DNA from: Takakia lepidozioides
Lineage: Eukaryota; Plantae; Bryophyta
Direction: 5' to 3'
Length of the DNA stretch: 64,000 nt
NCBI GenBank assembly: GCA_030704615.1
Contig: CM060733.1
Span: forward strand, 17,608,001 to 17,672,000
Positions 46,001 through 58,268 of this stretch are shown here, one piece after another. The position numbers were made by a program, and so were the translations under genes. Every line of letters starts with the position of its first letter. Positions within the stretch are counted from its first letter, which is position 1. Below the pieces are notes generated by a model. That model was given only the letters and a program-made list of their open reading frames with translations. It made no database searches and was not told where the DNA came from.

Positions 46001-49000
46001 TATACCGGAGCAGTCCATTTTGCAAGTGGAACTGCGATTTAACCCCCATCCTCAAGTCCTGCATCACGGACTTCGCCAGCTCATCCTTCCGGCAAGCCTT
46101 CCAGATCTTCTTTTGGAGCGCCGTCTCGCCCTTGTACACCAACAAGAGCTGCTGCTTTCTACTTAGAGCATCGGCCACCACGTTGTCTCGTCCCGGTTTG
46201 TACTAGATATCCACGTCGAACACCGCCAAAGTATCTTGACACCTAAGTTGTTTTGGGGACAACTTGGGCTGCGTGGCAAAATACTTCACCGTGACATTGT
46301 CCGTGAACACCTTCACTAGGTTGGAACCAACATAGTTGCGCCAAAGCTCAAGACAGTGCACCACCGCCTTAATCTCTTTCTCGTGCGTCGGCCACCGTTG
46401 CTCCACTTCATTCAGTTTTTTACTTTCGTAAGCCACTGGACGTCCATCTTGCATCAGTACACCTCCAATCGCGAAGTCCGACGCATCTGTATGTATCTCG
46501 AACAGACGATCGAACTCCGGGATTTTCAAGACTGGAGCTTCCGCCATCCGCTGCTTCAATTCAGCAAAAGCTTGGCCACAAAAGGTGTTCCATGCCCAGA
46601 CTTTAGATTTACCCAGAAGGTCTGACAGCGGCCCCGCGATTTTGGCAAAATTTCTCACATACTTCCGGTAATAGGAGGCGAGTCCTAGGAAGGATCGCAC
46701 TCCCGGGACCGAAGTCGGAGGCTCCCAGTCCAAAATTGCCCTCACCTTCCTGTCATCCATTCTGATCCCATCCTGTGTAATCACATGCCCCGGGAACTCC
46801 ACTTTTGTGACCCCGAATTCGCACTTTGAAGCTTTGGCATACAGCTTCCCTTCCCGCAATTTCTGGAACATCCTTTTGAGGTGCTCCAGGTGCTCCTCCT
46901 TTGTTTTCGAATACACCAAGATGTCGTCGATGTACACGATCACAAAGTCATCCAACCACTCCTGGAAAAGGCTGTTCATCAGCGTGCTAAATGTCGCTGG
47001 TGCATTGGTGAGCCCAAAAGGCATCACCAAGAACTCATATGAACCATACCTTGTCCTGCACGCGGTCTTCTTCTCATCTCCTTCCACCACCCGAATTTGA
47101 TGATAGCCGGAGCGTAAGTCGGTCCGGCTGAAATACTTCGCTCCTGCCAATCGATCGAAGAGGTCGTCGATCCTTGGCAAAGGGTACCGGTTTTTTATAG
47201 TCACCTTATTCAGAGCCCTGTAATCGACACACATCCGCAGCGTCCCATCCTTCTTGTCTGCAAATAGCACTGGGGCTCCGTAAGGTGACTTACTCGGCCG
47301 GATGTACCCCTTTGACATTAGATCCTTGAGCTGAGTCTTCAGCTCGACCAACTCTCTGTGGCTCAACCGGTAGGGTGCCTTGGCAGGCGGTTCCAATCCC
47401 GGTATCCTCAATCTTGTGGTCAACTCCTCTTCGCGGTGGCAAGCCGCTTGGCAAATCCTCCGGCATCACATCATGGTATTTCTCCAAAATCCCCTTGATC
47501 CAATCTGGGCTTGGCTCTCCATCGCCTTCTCCCTTCATTTCTCTAATGTAGAGCAAAAACTGGGGCTCATGTGCCTCATCCACGGCCCACTCCCTTGCTG
47601 ACAAAAGGTTTATTCGCCCTCCCACGAGTTTGGGCGTTTCCGAAACTCGTAAGACCTCGCCACCATTCCAACATGGCAGCGTGACTACCCCCTTGCGGCC
47701 ATCTATGACCGCTCCGGATCTGCTCAAAAAGGTCATCCCCAAAATGAGATCCACTCCATCGATCTCGCAGACGGTGAAGTTCTCAAGTCCCTCCCAACTC
47801 CCCAGTTGAAGAGGAACATCGAACGCCAACCTCGTCGCCAATTGCGGTTCTCCTTTGGCAGAACGTACCTCAATAGAGGCCCCTACGTCAGTTGTTGGGA
47901 GTCCCAGCTTTTGTGCCGTTGCCGGTGTCATGAAGGAGTGCGACGCTCCTGTGTCCACCAACAATGACACGTTAGTTCCGGATATTATCCCATCCACGAA
48001 CAATAAGTGACTCCCTTTATGCAATGCGCCAGTTTCTTGATACAACTCACAAGAATATTTGCCTACCTTGCAAGTCCTGGCGACCACCGCTTCCACCAAG
48101 CGACTGATGGTATCTTCCGACAGCTCCGTGGTTGCCCGAGTCATGTTCAATTGTCGGGGTTTCGTGCACTTCTTGGCCATGTGCCCGGGCTCTCCGCAAT
48201 TGAAACACACTCCATCAAAGGTCGCCTTCTGTCTGCCATAAGCCGTTCCACTCGCTTTTCCTTTCGAAGCACCGGGTGCCGCCTTGACGTGCGAAGGCCC
48301 TCCCTTCGATTTCCACGTACCATTGTCGCCGCGTGGCCTATCCCACTTCTTTTCAGGTCGGAATGAGTCACCTTCCCGCCGGGTCTTCTTGTGGTTCAGT
48401 TCCATACGGCCTTGTCTTTCATCCCTAGGGACATCTGAGAAACATTCAGCCCTCTCAATTGCCTCGTTCAAAGTCTTAGGTGGCTTCTCCTCCAACTTCC
48501 GCCTGGCCCATGGGGCCAGTCCCGCCACAAAGTTGAAGACCATTTCCGGTTCTGCCATGTCCGCGACTTCGAGCAAAAGCACATTGAAAGCCTGGACATA
48601 TCCCCGAATGTCGTCTGTTTGCTTCAAATTCCTCATCTTGTCCCGGGCAAGCCAGGACGCATTGAGGGGCACAAACTGTCTCTTCATCAATTCCTTGAAC
48701 CCACTCCAGTTCAAGGTTTCCGGGCTTGGACCTCGGTCGTGAAGGCGTTTCTGCCACCATTGTTGAGCATAGCCCCTCAAATAGGTGGGAGCCACTTCCA
48801 CCCGATCCTCGTCACTCAACTTGGCCGCCCGGAAGCACTGCTCTAGCTCCAAGAGCCAGGTGTTGAGTGCCTTCCGATTTCGGACGCCCTCGAAGGTGCC
48901 GGGTTCCTTAGGCTTCACCTTAAACTTTGCCTTAGCGGAAGTGGCATTAGCCGCCTTCAACACGTCTTTCAACGTCGCGCCAAACTGCGCCAACAACCCT

Positions 49001-49577
49001 TCCCAAAAAGCTGCCGGCATGGGAGACATCTGTTGGTCTGTCGGAGCTCTCAGGGATTCCTCGGGCTCCGACTCCTCGGATTCCTCCCGCTCTTGAGCGG
49101 CCTCGTTTTCAGAAACCTGCGTTGCTTCCTCGAACGGCCGCTTCGGTGACACGTCGCCCCCATCGGGCTCACCAGGATCATCATCTTTTGGGCCGTTCCG
49201 CTTTCGCTTTGGCTTGCCCGACCCCATGATGACGCCAATCCCAAGGACGATCACGTACTGAACTCTAAGCTCTGATACCAAGTGTCGCGCACCTCATTTC
49301 GGTAAGCTTCCCTTCAAGTCATAGTTTCTCGCTTTGATGCGCGCTCCTGACTCCCAACCTGGCCGCCGGGCCAACTTGGAGCTTCGGCTGCTCACCGGGA
49401 CATAACGGTCCCCCTTCGCTCTCCCACTAAACCCTCCACCTATTTGGGCCTAGTAGAATTCCCTTTGGTAGATGGTAGTCCGGAACAGCTCCCCACTCTT
49501 TGGTCGCTTTTCCGGCTCGCTCGCTTACTCACTAGTTTTTGGTCACCAACGGGCTTGCACCGTTCTCGGGGTCACTA
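43034..49577 (-). mobile_element. Ty3/gypsy chromovirus inserted in the copia 5' LTR
   Basis: 5-bp TSD GTGCG (43029-43033, 49578-49582). Direct repeats at 43034-43327 and 49283-49577. PBS TGGTATCAGAGC (49280-49269, tRNA-iMet 3' end). PPT GGGGGAGGAAA at 44643-44633. Confidence 0.96.
44667..49228 (-). pseudogene. Chromovirus gag-pol (Gag, CCHC, protease, RT, RNase H, integrase, chromodomain), disrupted
   Basis: CFNCGEPGHMAKKC, LVDTGASH, YIDD, TDASD, DRDPKF and DGQTER. Chromodomain EYEVEAILKSR...YLVKWKGY...SWV. Frameshift near 47407 and premature stops at 46203, 45945 and 45699. Confidence 0.95.
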
Positions 49578-49727
49578 GTGCGTGCATACTTGGTTGCTGA
49601 TGCTGAGTATTTTGTCTGCTTTTAATAGGTTATGGGCATTATTTCTCGCTTTCTTTAAGTTGCGTCTGTTGTCAAAGAGTGTCATGTAGTACCAGAGCTC
49701 TGTTCTTTACCTGTATCTTTGTTCGTT

Positions 49728-52700
49728 ATGGATTTGAGTCGAGAGACAGCTGCCATCAAGAAGATGAGAGCATTATTCTTAGGGAGATACCTTATGGGAG
49801 TAGTAGACGACACAGTCGTCAAACCGTCAGAAGCACAAGCAACTGAGAGAGTAGAGTGGACAAAGAAAGATGGTCAGGCTACCTCTTTGCTTTGCACTGC
49901 TGTCGATCACACTATTCTTGATCTTGTGAGTGGATGCACGTCGTCTAAGGGCATTTGGGACTTGCTTAAAACGGTGCGCGATCAGAGAGCAAACGATAAC
50001 ATTCACGATCTTCAGGTCAAGTTCTACCAGTGTAAGTTCGAGAGCAGTGATACCATAGCGTCGTTCATTAGCAAGGTTGAACTTATCAAGAGTCAATTGT
50101 CTCGTTCAGGTGACACTAGTATTGCAGACACTAACGTCATCACCAAGGTTCTTGGAAACATTCCGGACTGCTACAATCATTTTCACTTATCTTGGGACAG
50201 CACGGCCGTTGCAGAAAAGACTCTGAACAACTTGCTGATTTGTCTGGTTCGAGAGGAGATGCGTATCAAGGACATCCAAGAAAGGGAGCTGCAGAGCTCC
50301 CCAGCTGCGGCTTATATCGCAAACGCCAAAGGGAAGACCGGAGCAGATCGGTCCAACATGACGTATGAGCAACGTCAATAGCGCCGCAAAGAGATCAATG
50401 ATAGGAAGAAGAATACAGAGTGTTGGAAATGTGGTAAGTCGCGACACTGGGCCAGGGAATGTCCAGATGGAGATAGCAAAAAGCCTGCATCAACACCTAC
50501 AAAAGGTTCCAAGAATTCGCATAGAGCATACATAGCGTCAGTGGGATCTCCTAACACCAACTGCGAATCTTGGATTGCATACAGCGGCTGCACGGAACAC
50601 ATGACAGACAAACGCTACTAGTTTGTCAAATACAAGGATGTTTCAGCGGATCGGAGACATGTTCAAGGCAGCCATGCTTAACATAGAGACAATACACTCT
50701 AGAACCGGCTATAAGCTCGTCCAAGGTGGTGGTGAAACCCTTATCGAAGGCATCATCGAAGGGACCATGGACAAGCTGCTTGTTGAAACATCAGTTCCTG
50801 TCCATAGAGCATTCATCGCCAATACTTTTGGCACTGAAATCAAGAAGGGAGCCACACAGAGCATTGATCTGTGGCACCAGCGCTTATGTCACGTTAATCA
50901 CGCCATGATTAGGAGGATGACATCACAAGATCTTGTCGAAGGTCTGATCCTCAGTGGAAACAGCTAGCACCCCACTTTTTGCAGCGGCTGCGCCTTTGGC
51001 AAAATACATCGCAACTCTTTTCCATGGAATGAAAAAGTACGGGAGAAAGCTGTTGCAGTCGGGGACCTTATACATACTGATGTATGTGGTCCGATGAATG
51101 TGAAGACAGTTGGGGGAGCGTCATATTTTGTCTTGTTTAAAGACGATCACTCTCATTACCGAGTTGCATACATTATCAAGAAGAAGTCAGAAGTCTTCTC
51201 ATGTCTGAAGAAATTTGCCACAGTGCTACACATGGAGACCAGGCACAACATCAAAATCTTGCGTTCAGATCGGGGAGGAGAATTCACTAGCAACGCCATT
51301 GCAAGTATCTTGAAGACAATGAGATAGAGCCACAACTGACATGCCCCCATACACCTGCGCAAAACGGCTCGGGGCAGAGAGAGAAAACCGCACCGTTTTA
51401 GAGGCAGCCAGGAGCATGCTCTACGCAGGGGATATTCACTTGCGATTTTGGGGGAGGCCGTTGCAACTGCAGTATACGCACTTAATCGAACTGGTAGCAT
51501 CACATTACAAGGGGTCACACCTTTTGAGGCATGGCATGGTGTAAAGCCCTCAGTTGCACACATGAGATTTTCGGTGCAGATGTTTACGTGCACGTTCCCA
51601 GTGAGCTTCGTAAAAAGCTCTACCCAAAGGCAAAGAAAGGCATTCTTATGGGATGTAGTACCACTAGCAAGGCTTACCGGATCTGGAATAATGCCACTAA
51701 GCGCATCATGGAGAGCAGGGACATTTTGTTTGACGAAGAAAGCATGCAATGGATTGTCAGCGAGCAAAAACAAAAGAAAACACAAGGACAGTCTGACGAC
51801 ATCGTATTTCTCTTGATCCAAGGATCAGAATCTAGTACCTCTGGCTCAAACACGATCATTTTGTCTACCCCAGACCCGATATCCACACCCATGGATCCGC
51901 CCCCAGACCCGTCAGATAGCGAGCAGAACGCAGTTGTCGACAACATCAATTCTGGCACAGAATGATCTAATGATGATGACACGCTTGCATCATGGGAAGA
52001 CATAACCATCGACTTCTCGGTGCCATCAGCCTTTTGGCCAGAGCAGCCGATATGCACAGAATCCCAACCGCTTACAGTGCCAGCTCAGGAAGCCGAAATA
52101 GAGTCAATTGGAGTTGCAGTATCGACTATACAAGGAGCGGGAGTCGAACAAGCAGTGGGAGACAAATCCATGCCTACAATCCAACCAGTGGGAGAATCTG
52201 TAACGGTACCTCCATACAACGGCAGAGAGCGGAAGCCAGTCAACCGCGACTGGGCTTACGTAGCAGAAGCCCAACCCAACACAGTACCGCAAGAACCCCT
52301 TACTGTGCGTGAAGCCTTGCAGTCACCGCAATCAACTAGCTGGAGAGATGCAATGCAGGCAGAGTATGATGCCCTGCTTGAAAACGAGACATGGTCCGTT
52401 TGTGACCTGCCTGCTGGAAGAAATGTCATCAGGAACAAATGGGTATTCAAGATGAAACACAATCTGCAAGGTAACATTGAACGCTACAAAGCAAGACTAG
52501 TGGCAAAGGGATTTACTCAGCAGGAAGGAATTGACTATGAAGAGACCTTCAGCCCTGTAGTGAAATTCAACTCTATTCGCACAGTTTTGTCGATTGCAGC
52601 AACGGAGGATCTTGAGATGACCCAATTCGACGTAACCACAGCCTTCCTGCACGGGGAGATAACCGAAGACATCTTCATAGCACCCCCGATCGGCTTCGAA

Positions 52701-53850
52701 GATCAATTTCCACCTGCTAAAGTCTGTAAGTTAAACAAAGCTTTGTATGGTCTGAAACAGTCAAGTAGAGTCTGGAATCAGCGTCTTAACGATTTCCTGA
52801 CTGAATACAGCCTAGTTCCCACTACAGCCGATCCTTGTGTGTACCGTAGCACAACCAAACCCAGATTCATCCTTATCATTTTCATAGATGACGGAATTTT
52901 CTGTAGTGTGTCAACCACCGGAGTCACCACAATGATAGGCTACATGGGCCAAGCTTTCAAACTAACCAGTTCCAGTCCTGAGATTTATGTAGGCTTACGC
53001 ATTACACGAGACAGAGCCAAAAGAACCCTGTAGATTGACCAGTCCAGATATGTCGATAGATTTCTGGCCAAGTATAGTTTTGATAACGCAGCTCTTCTTG
53101 CCATTCTTTCCGACCCCTGTAGTACCCTTGAGCATTTTTCAACTGTGGAAGACGTGGTAAATAACAGCTTCCCCTACCGGCCAGTGGTGGGCAGCGTACA
53201 GTTTGCAAGCACTGGAACTCGCATTGACGTCACTTTTGCAACCAGCAAAGTGGCACAGTTTGTGCAGAGCCCGAAGACACCAGACTTGAACGGCGTTAAA
53301 CACATCCTCAAGTATTTCAAAGGCCACCCTGATGTTCGTATCACTTACAGTGCACCTGCAGACATCACAGCGAACCAGCTTGTGGCCTATTGCGACGCCA
53401 ACTATGCTGGCGACCTGGACGACCGCAAGTCGCGTACAGGTTTTATTCTAATGCTTAACGGTGGTCCTGTTGCATGGGGGAGTAAGAAACAGGGGTGCAC
53501 AGCCACCAGCACGACAGAAGCTGAGTATATTGCTACTCATACTGCCACTCGTGAAATTGTTTGGATGCGCCAACTTTTGACCGAGTTGGGCTATCCAGAG
53601 AGCGCACCTACAACATTGCTTTGCGACAACCAAGCAGCAATTCGGCTTGTCAGAAACTCGGAGTTTCACAGCCATACAAAGCATATAGATGTACAGTATC
53701 ACAAGATAAGAGAGGAGCATGTTCGCGGTACAATTCGACTTGACTGTTCGCGGTAAGTTGCCGCAGACAACAATCTTGCTGATTTACTGACCCTTTACTG
53801 ACCAAGCCAGTGCCGAAGCCTCGCTTTGAACGGCTAAAAAGGGATGCTGG
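49728..53850 (+). pseudogene. Copia gag-pol (Gag, zinc knuckle, protease remnant, integrase, RT, RNase H), with multiple stops and frameshifts
   Basis: CWKCGKSRHWAREC, LWHQRLCH, LRSDRGGEF, YKARLVAKGFTQ, ALYGLKQ, FIDD, YCDANYAGD and TKHIDVQYH. The integrase precedes the RT. Confidence 0.95.
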
Positions 53851-54904
53851 GGTCTTACTGAAGCTCGCACTGAAGATCACAGCACTTCACCCGGAGTGAA
53901 GAGTATACTAGTCTGCGGTATACGGTGTGTAGTGTTGGGCGTATACAGGCACCTTTTCACCAACGTAGATTTGAATCCAGCTTCTCGAAATTATTCATTA
54001 CACTTAGTTTCCCGCTTAGGATAGCTGTTGCTAAGGGGGAAAGGAGGCTGTGCTTTCGACCGACTTGTTCTACGTCTAGCTTAAGAGTAGAGTCAAGTGT
54101 GGTGTGTGATTCTCTGGCCGTAGAGAAGGGCGAATCCTTACGTAAGTTGTAAGGATCTTTGATCCAGTTATGTCCAAAGTACTGGAAGTACCCTTGTGTA
54201 CTAATATTTGTATTAATTCCTTTTGCCAAGTGCATGCACACTTGGGTTGCCGATGCCAAGTATTTTGTCTGCTTTTAAGAAGGCTAGCATATCTTCATCA
54301 CCCTACTTGTAACAAATGCACCAAGCCACACCTTGCAACTTGTATGTTGATGAACCATTGATTCGCATTCCTAACAATGTCTGCTATATGCAAATACAAT
54401 TTCACAAAGTTTCACTGAATGGATGACAAGATCATAGTTGTATTGTGAGCCGTAACATGGAGACACTGAATCGACTATGTAGAGGGTAAGAACCTAAGAA
54501 CTCACCCAGAAAACAAGCCATTCCTCGGACTGATCGCTGTGGAATGCATTGTCCACATCAAACTATGTTGTTCTCCACATCAAACTAGCGTTCTTTTGAT
54601 CAATCACACTCACACATCACAAGTTCTGATCATTTCGAGAGGACAATGAGGAAACAACTGGGTCATGTTTCTATGATCCGAATGAAATGTCTTGCAGTAT
54701 TTGCAATTCATTAGGCAATCAAGCTGCCAGAGATGGTACAATGGCGCTCGCTGCTAGAACTTGCTGCAGCAGCATAGCACTTAAAACAAAATGCCTAATC
54801 AAATAGCCTCGATTACAAAAAAGTACTATCATTTCCTCGCTATGGTCACTAATCATGTCTTTTGAACTATATTTCTTTAGATTCTGCAGGGATTAACCAC
54901 CAGA

Positions 54905-57298
54905 TCATGGGAACGCACACCCACTGTAGCCTGCACAGGACAAGGAGAGATCTGGATCAGCAAAGCGTACTTTGAGCGTGGAAATCAACACGGCAACAAA
55001 CACCTTGCTATCTGTCCGCCTAGGACCAAGCCAGCATTTTTTTGGGCAACTACGACCCCACACCAATCCTGAACCAAGCTGCAAGCATTGCATCATCTGT
55101 AATCCGACATCTGACCACCAGTCCTCATGACACCGAGCACACCTCTTTCCAGACTACAGAAAAGAACTCAGTAGACGAAAACCAATTAGAGTCAGTGCAT
55201 GCATAGAAAAGAAGCCGAAGACACATATCAGTGCAAATTGTGATAACTCACTTGGGTCAGTGATGGTGATGACTCCCGTGTTTCCGAAGTAGCAGTTCCA
55301 GTAGTTGCGCCCGTTCTTCTGGTAGTAGGCATTGAACGCATAGGAAGCATGCGAGTACAGGGTGTTGGGGCTGAAGCAGTTCTGCCCAGTCTGAATGGCC
55401 GAACAATCCGCAGCTCCTTCACCACAAGCAAAACTGAGAGCATTAATCATGTCCGTCATAGGAGCACCAGGCTTCGCCACGCACCATGTCTTCCCAGATG
55501 TCGATGGATTCTGCACTGGCCCCGGGTTAGCGAGGTATGGCGCTGGTGGTATCTCGGCGGGAGGGGCAGGTGGTGGAGTGGGGGAAACCGCTTCAGGGGC
55601 GGGAGGCGGAGGGCTAACCTCTGGGACAGGTGCGGTTGTAGGTGGGCTGCTCTCAGGAGGATAATATGGCGGTGTGGGCAGTGCGGGTGATTCTGGGCTT
55701 GGTGTAGCGCTTGGTGCTGGTGTCACAGGTGATGTAGGTGGATACGCAGCCTGTGGAGGTGTAGTTGGAGGCGACGCGGCCGGTGGAGGATAGGAGGTTG
55801 AAGGTGGTCCAGGGGATCCAGACGTCTGTACGAGACCCACATCATATACAACGCTCTCATCGGGATTGAACAGACCAAAGTTACGCTCCGAGGACGGCCC
55901 GGGCTTCAGATTCTCGTTAAACAGAGCAAAAATGTAGACATCAATGGATGCACCAGGCCTCAGAGGAGTGCCTTGATTGGACGTGATGTGCTTGATGAGG
56001 TTTCCATTGTAAGTCTGGGCATTTGATACATCACAACCCATCTGTGTTGCATCGCCACTGGAGGGCCAACCAGTTTCGGAGACAACGAGCTGAACGTCAT
56101 GGTGACCGAGGCGCTGAATAGCAGAGAAAACCGCATCTATCTGCGCATCGAGCATGTTGGTGTAGTGCAGGCCAGTGTTGGCGTCAGTAACACCGGCTTC
56201 GGGATGGAACATGACATAATTGAGAGACACATTTTGGGGCTCCTCCACGTAGGCGAAGAACGGGTACGCATTGATCATGAAGGGGGATCCAGTCTCCGAG
56301 AGGAAGGTGACCAGAGGCCCGAGTGTACCCTCCAGGTTGCTCTTGAATGTCCCAACAGACGGAGGGTACGACTTAGCCAGAATGGCCAGATTATGAGGAC
56401 TAGAAACCTTGACCTGCCCATCCAGCTTCAGATTCACGAGAGCAGTGTGAATGTTCGACATAGCGGGAACCAGTTGGCCACCGAGCTCCGGAGACACAGT
56501 GAGCACCTCATTACCCACAGAAATAGCACTTATCTGTGTAGCAGGCATGTAGGCAGCCACGTTCGCCTCCACCCATGCCTGTGCTCCGGTGGGGCTACTA
56601 GCCAGAAGAGGTATAGCATCGTTTGCAACCCCCACCACAACCTTGATATCAGTATTAGCGAAGGCCTGCAGGGTGGCCTGATCTGCATTGTAAAGTTTCA
56701 CATTCCGAAGGGATGTGCTCAGCAGCAGCTTCGCCACTTGGGATGGAGGCGGCAAATCATTACCCAGAGTGCCATAGTTTACACCTACATTGCCAGCACC
56801 TGCACATCACTTCTTACTAGTCAGAACCGACACACGTGAAGAGCATTTCTCCACTCCAACTAGCCAACAATGAAAGAGGGGATCGATGTGTTCGCAGACA
56901 AACAGGCGATGGACATAAGCGCCATTGCATTGCAAGTTCTGGATCCTACTGCATTTGCTCACCATGGAAAGACGACTACCAGCAGCCACCCTATGCACTA
57001 ACATATCATAACAAGGGAGCGCGTTGTGTAGTCGACGAACAAGGGTGCATGTGAGCACTACTACATGATCCACCCCTAACTCCCCAAGTACCACCTCCTC
57101 ACTATCGGTGCTTGTTGTTGGGACAACAGTACCCATGGCCCCTTACTTACACCATTCCTGTCTCCCTTTCATTTTTCAGGGATAAGCCTCACTCCCTCCA
57201 ATACAGATACACACCAGTAAGGCAGGAAGAACTAGTCTACCTGTGCCAGAAACAACGCAAGCGAGACACAACAGGACCCCAAGGTAGCGGATTTGCAT
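54905..57298 (-). CDS. Secreted glucan endo-1,3-beta-glucosidase (GH17) with Pro-rich linker and X8/CBM43 domain
   Basis: Exons 57298-57241 (signal peptide MQIRYLGVLLCLACVVSGT), 56799-55252 and 54930-54905, all phase-consistent. VGVNYG, catalytic VGNE and SETGW, FALFNEN. X8 WCVAK...ACG..ADC...HASYAFNAYYQ...C. Confidence 0.95.
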
Positions 57299-58083
57299 GG
57301 CTGCTGCCTGCACCCAACGCTGCCCACAGAGCTTCCTCCTCCTCAGCTATGCTCTACTGTGTCCTTACGAGCTCACCGAACCTCTCAACATCAAATCCTC
57401 TCGTGTTGTGGGTCTCTTGGGAAGGAGCTGGAAGCTGAGTGTGGGGGAGACAACTACAGTCTGGGAGGAGGGGGACGGTATTGAAGAAGAGGTATCCAGA
57501 CTGCAAGATTTGGACTTGACCGTCTCTTACCCAACCCGTCATTCCATTAATGTCACCTCTGGTTAAGTAACTCGGTATGGGAGTTGCCCACGCAACTCAT
57601 CATCATGAGCTGGTCCGATGGGTCGTCAGGCGGCAATCTCATCAACCCCAACACGGGACGATGACGATCGGACACCTTCCTAACTCGCCCGAGACACTCT
57701 GTTGTCATTTCTACAGATATTAGAAAGCTCGCACAGAGCTTTAGGGCCCCTGTCCCCTCTTTCTGTTCCCAGTGCGGGACAAACGCTTTTCTGTACCTAG
57801 TCGATTCAATGATAACTCTAGACATGTGGGTATTGTGGGCTCCATCGATTCAATGGGAGAATGTCATTGCGGGATCCGTTTGGCCCTTGCTGTCCAAATG
57901 GCTGCTATTTATCACCGATATCCTCAACAAATAATCCCGGGCCCACAAATCCGTTACAAGCACCTGCTTGTGCAAGAGAAAACTTTGATGAGCTATCTGC
58001 GGTGCAACCATTCTTATCAAAACCTCACGCTTTCTATTCAATGAACTTGAGGGGATTTTTGGAGCAAAGTCTTGGGTAGTGTA

Positions 58084-58268
58084 AAGGAAGTGTAAAGTAT
58101 GGTGTCTCTCGACCCCAGAGGAAAAATAAATAAATAAAAAAGGGACCCAAAGGGCTAGTGACTTCTGGCGGTGGACACATTTGTGGCGCAAAGGGGTGGA
58201 TTGAACGTTGAACCCACAACCACTTCCAAGGTGGTATGTGCCCATTACCACTAGTCCACAACTTGGTG
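58084..58268 (-). mobile_element. tRNA-derived SINE, family 2, copy b
   Basis: Shares TATGGTGTCTCT, AAGGGCTA and GGTGGTATGTGCCCATTACCACT..ACAACTTGGT with 40831-41009. Carries an extra A-rich insert. Confidence 0.75.

Larger units (their letters stand above)
42226..54280 (+). mobile_element. Ty1/copia LTR retrotransposon, degenerate, with an interrupted 5' LTR
   Basis: 5-bp TSD AGGCT (42221-42225, 54281-54285). 5' LTR in three pieces (42226-42365, 42823-43033, 49583-49627). 3' LTR at about 53897-54280. PBS GGTTATGGGC at 49628-49637. Confidence 0.93.

Noticed and set aside
47400-47425. Programmed gag/pol frameshift in the chromovirus
   Set aside because: The break is after the protease, inside the conserved DHKIE.IPG motif, with no slippery sequence. 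Other stops are present, so it is an inactivating indel.
56099-56839. 246-aa plus-strand ORF
   Set aside because: It is the antisense shadow of the large GH17 exon.
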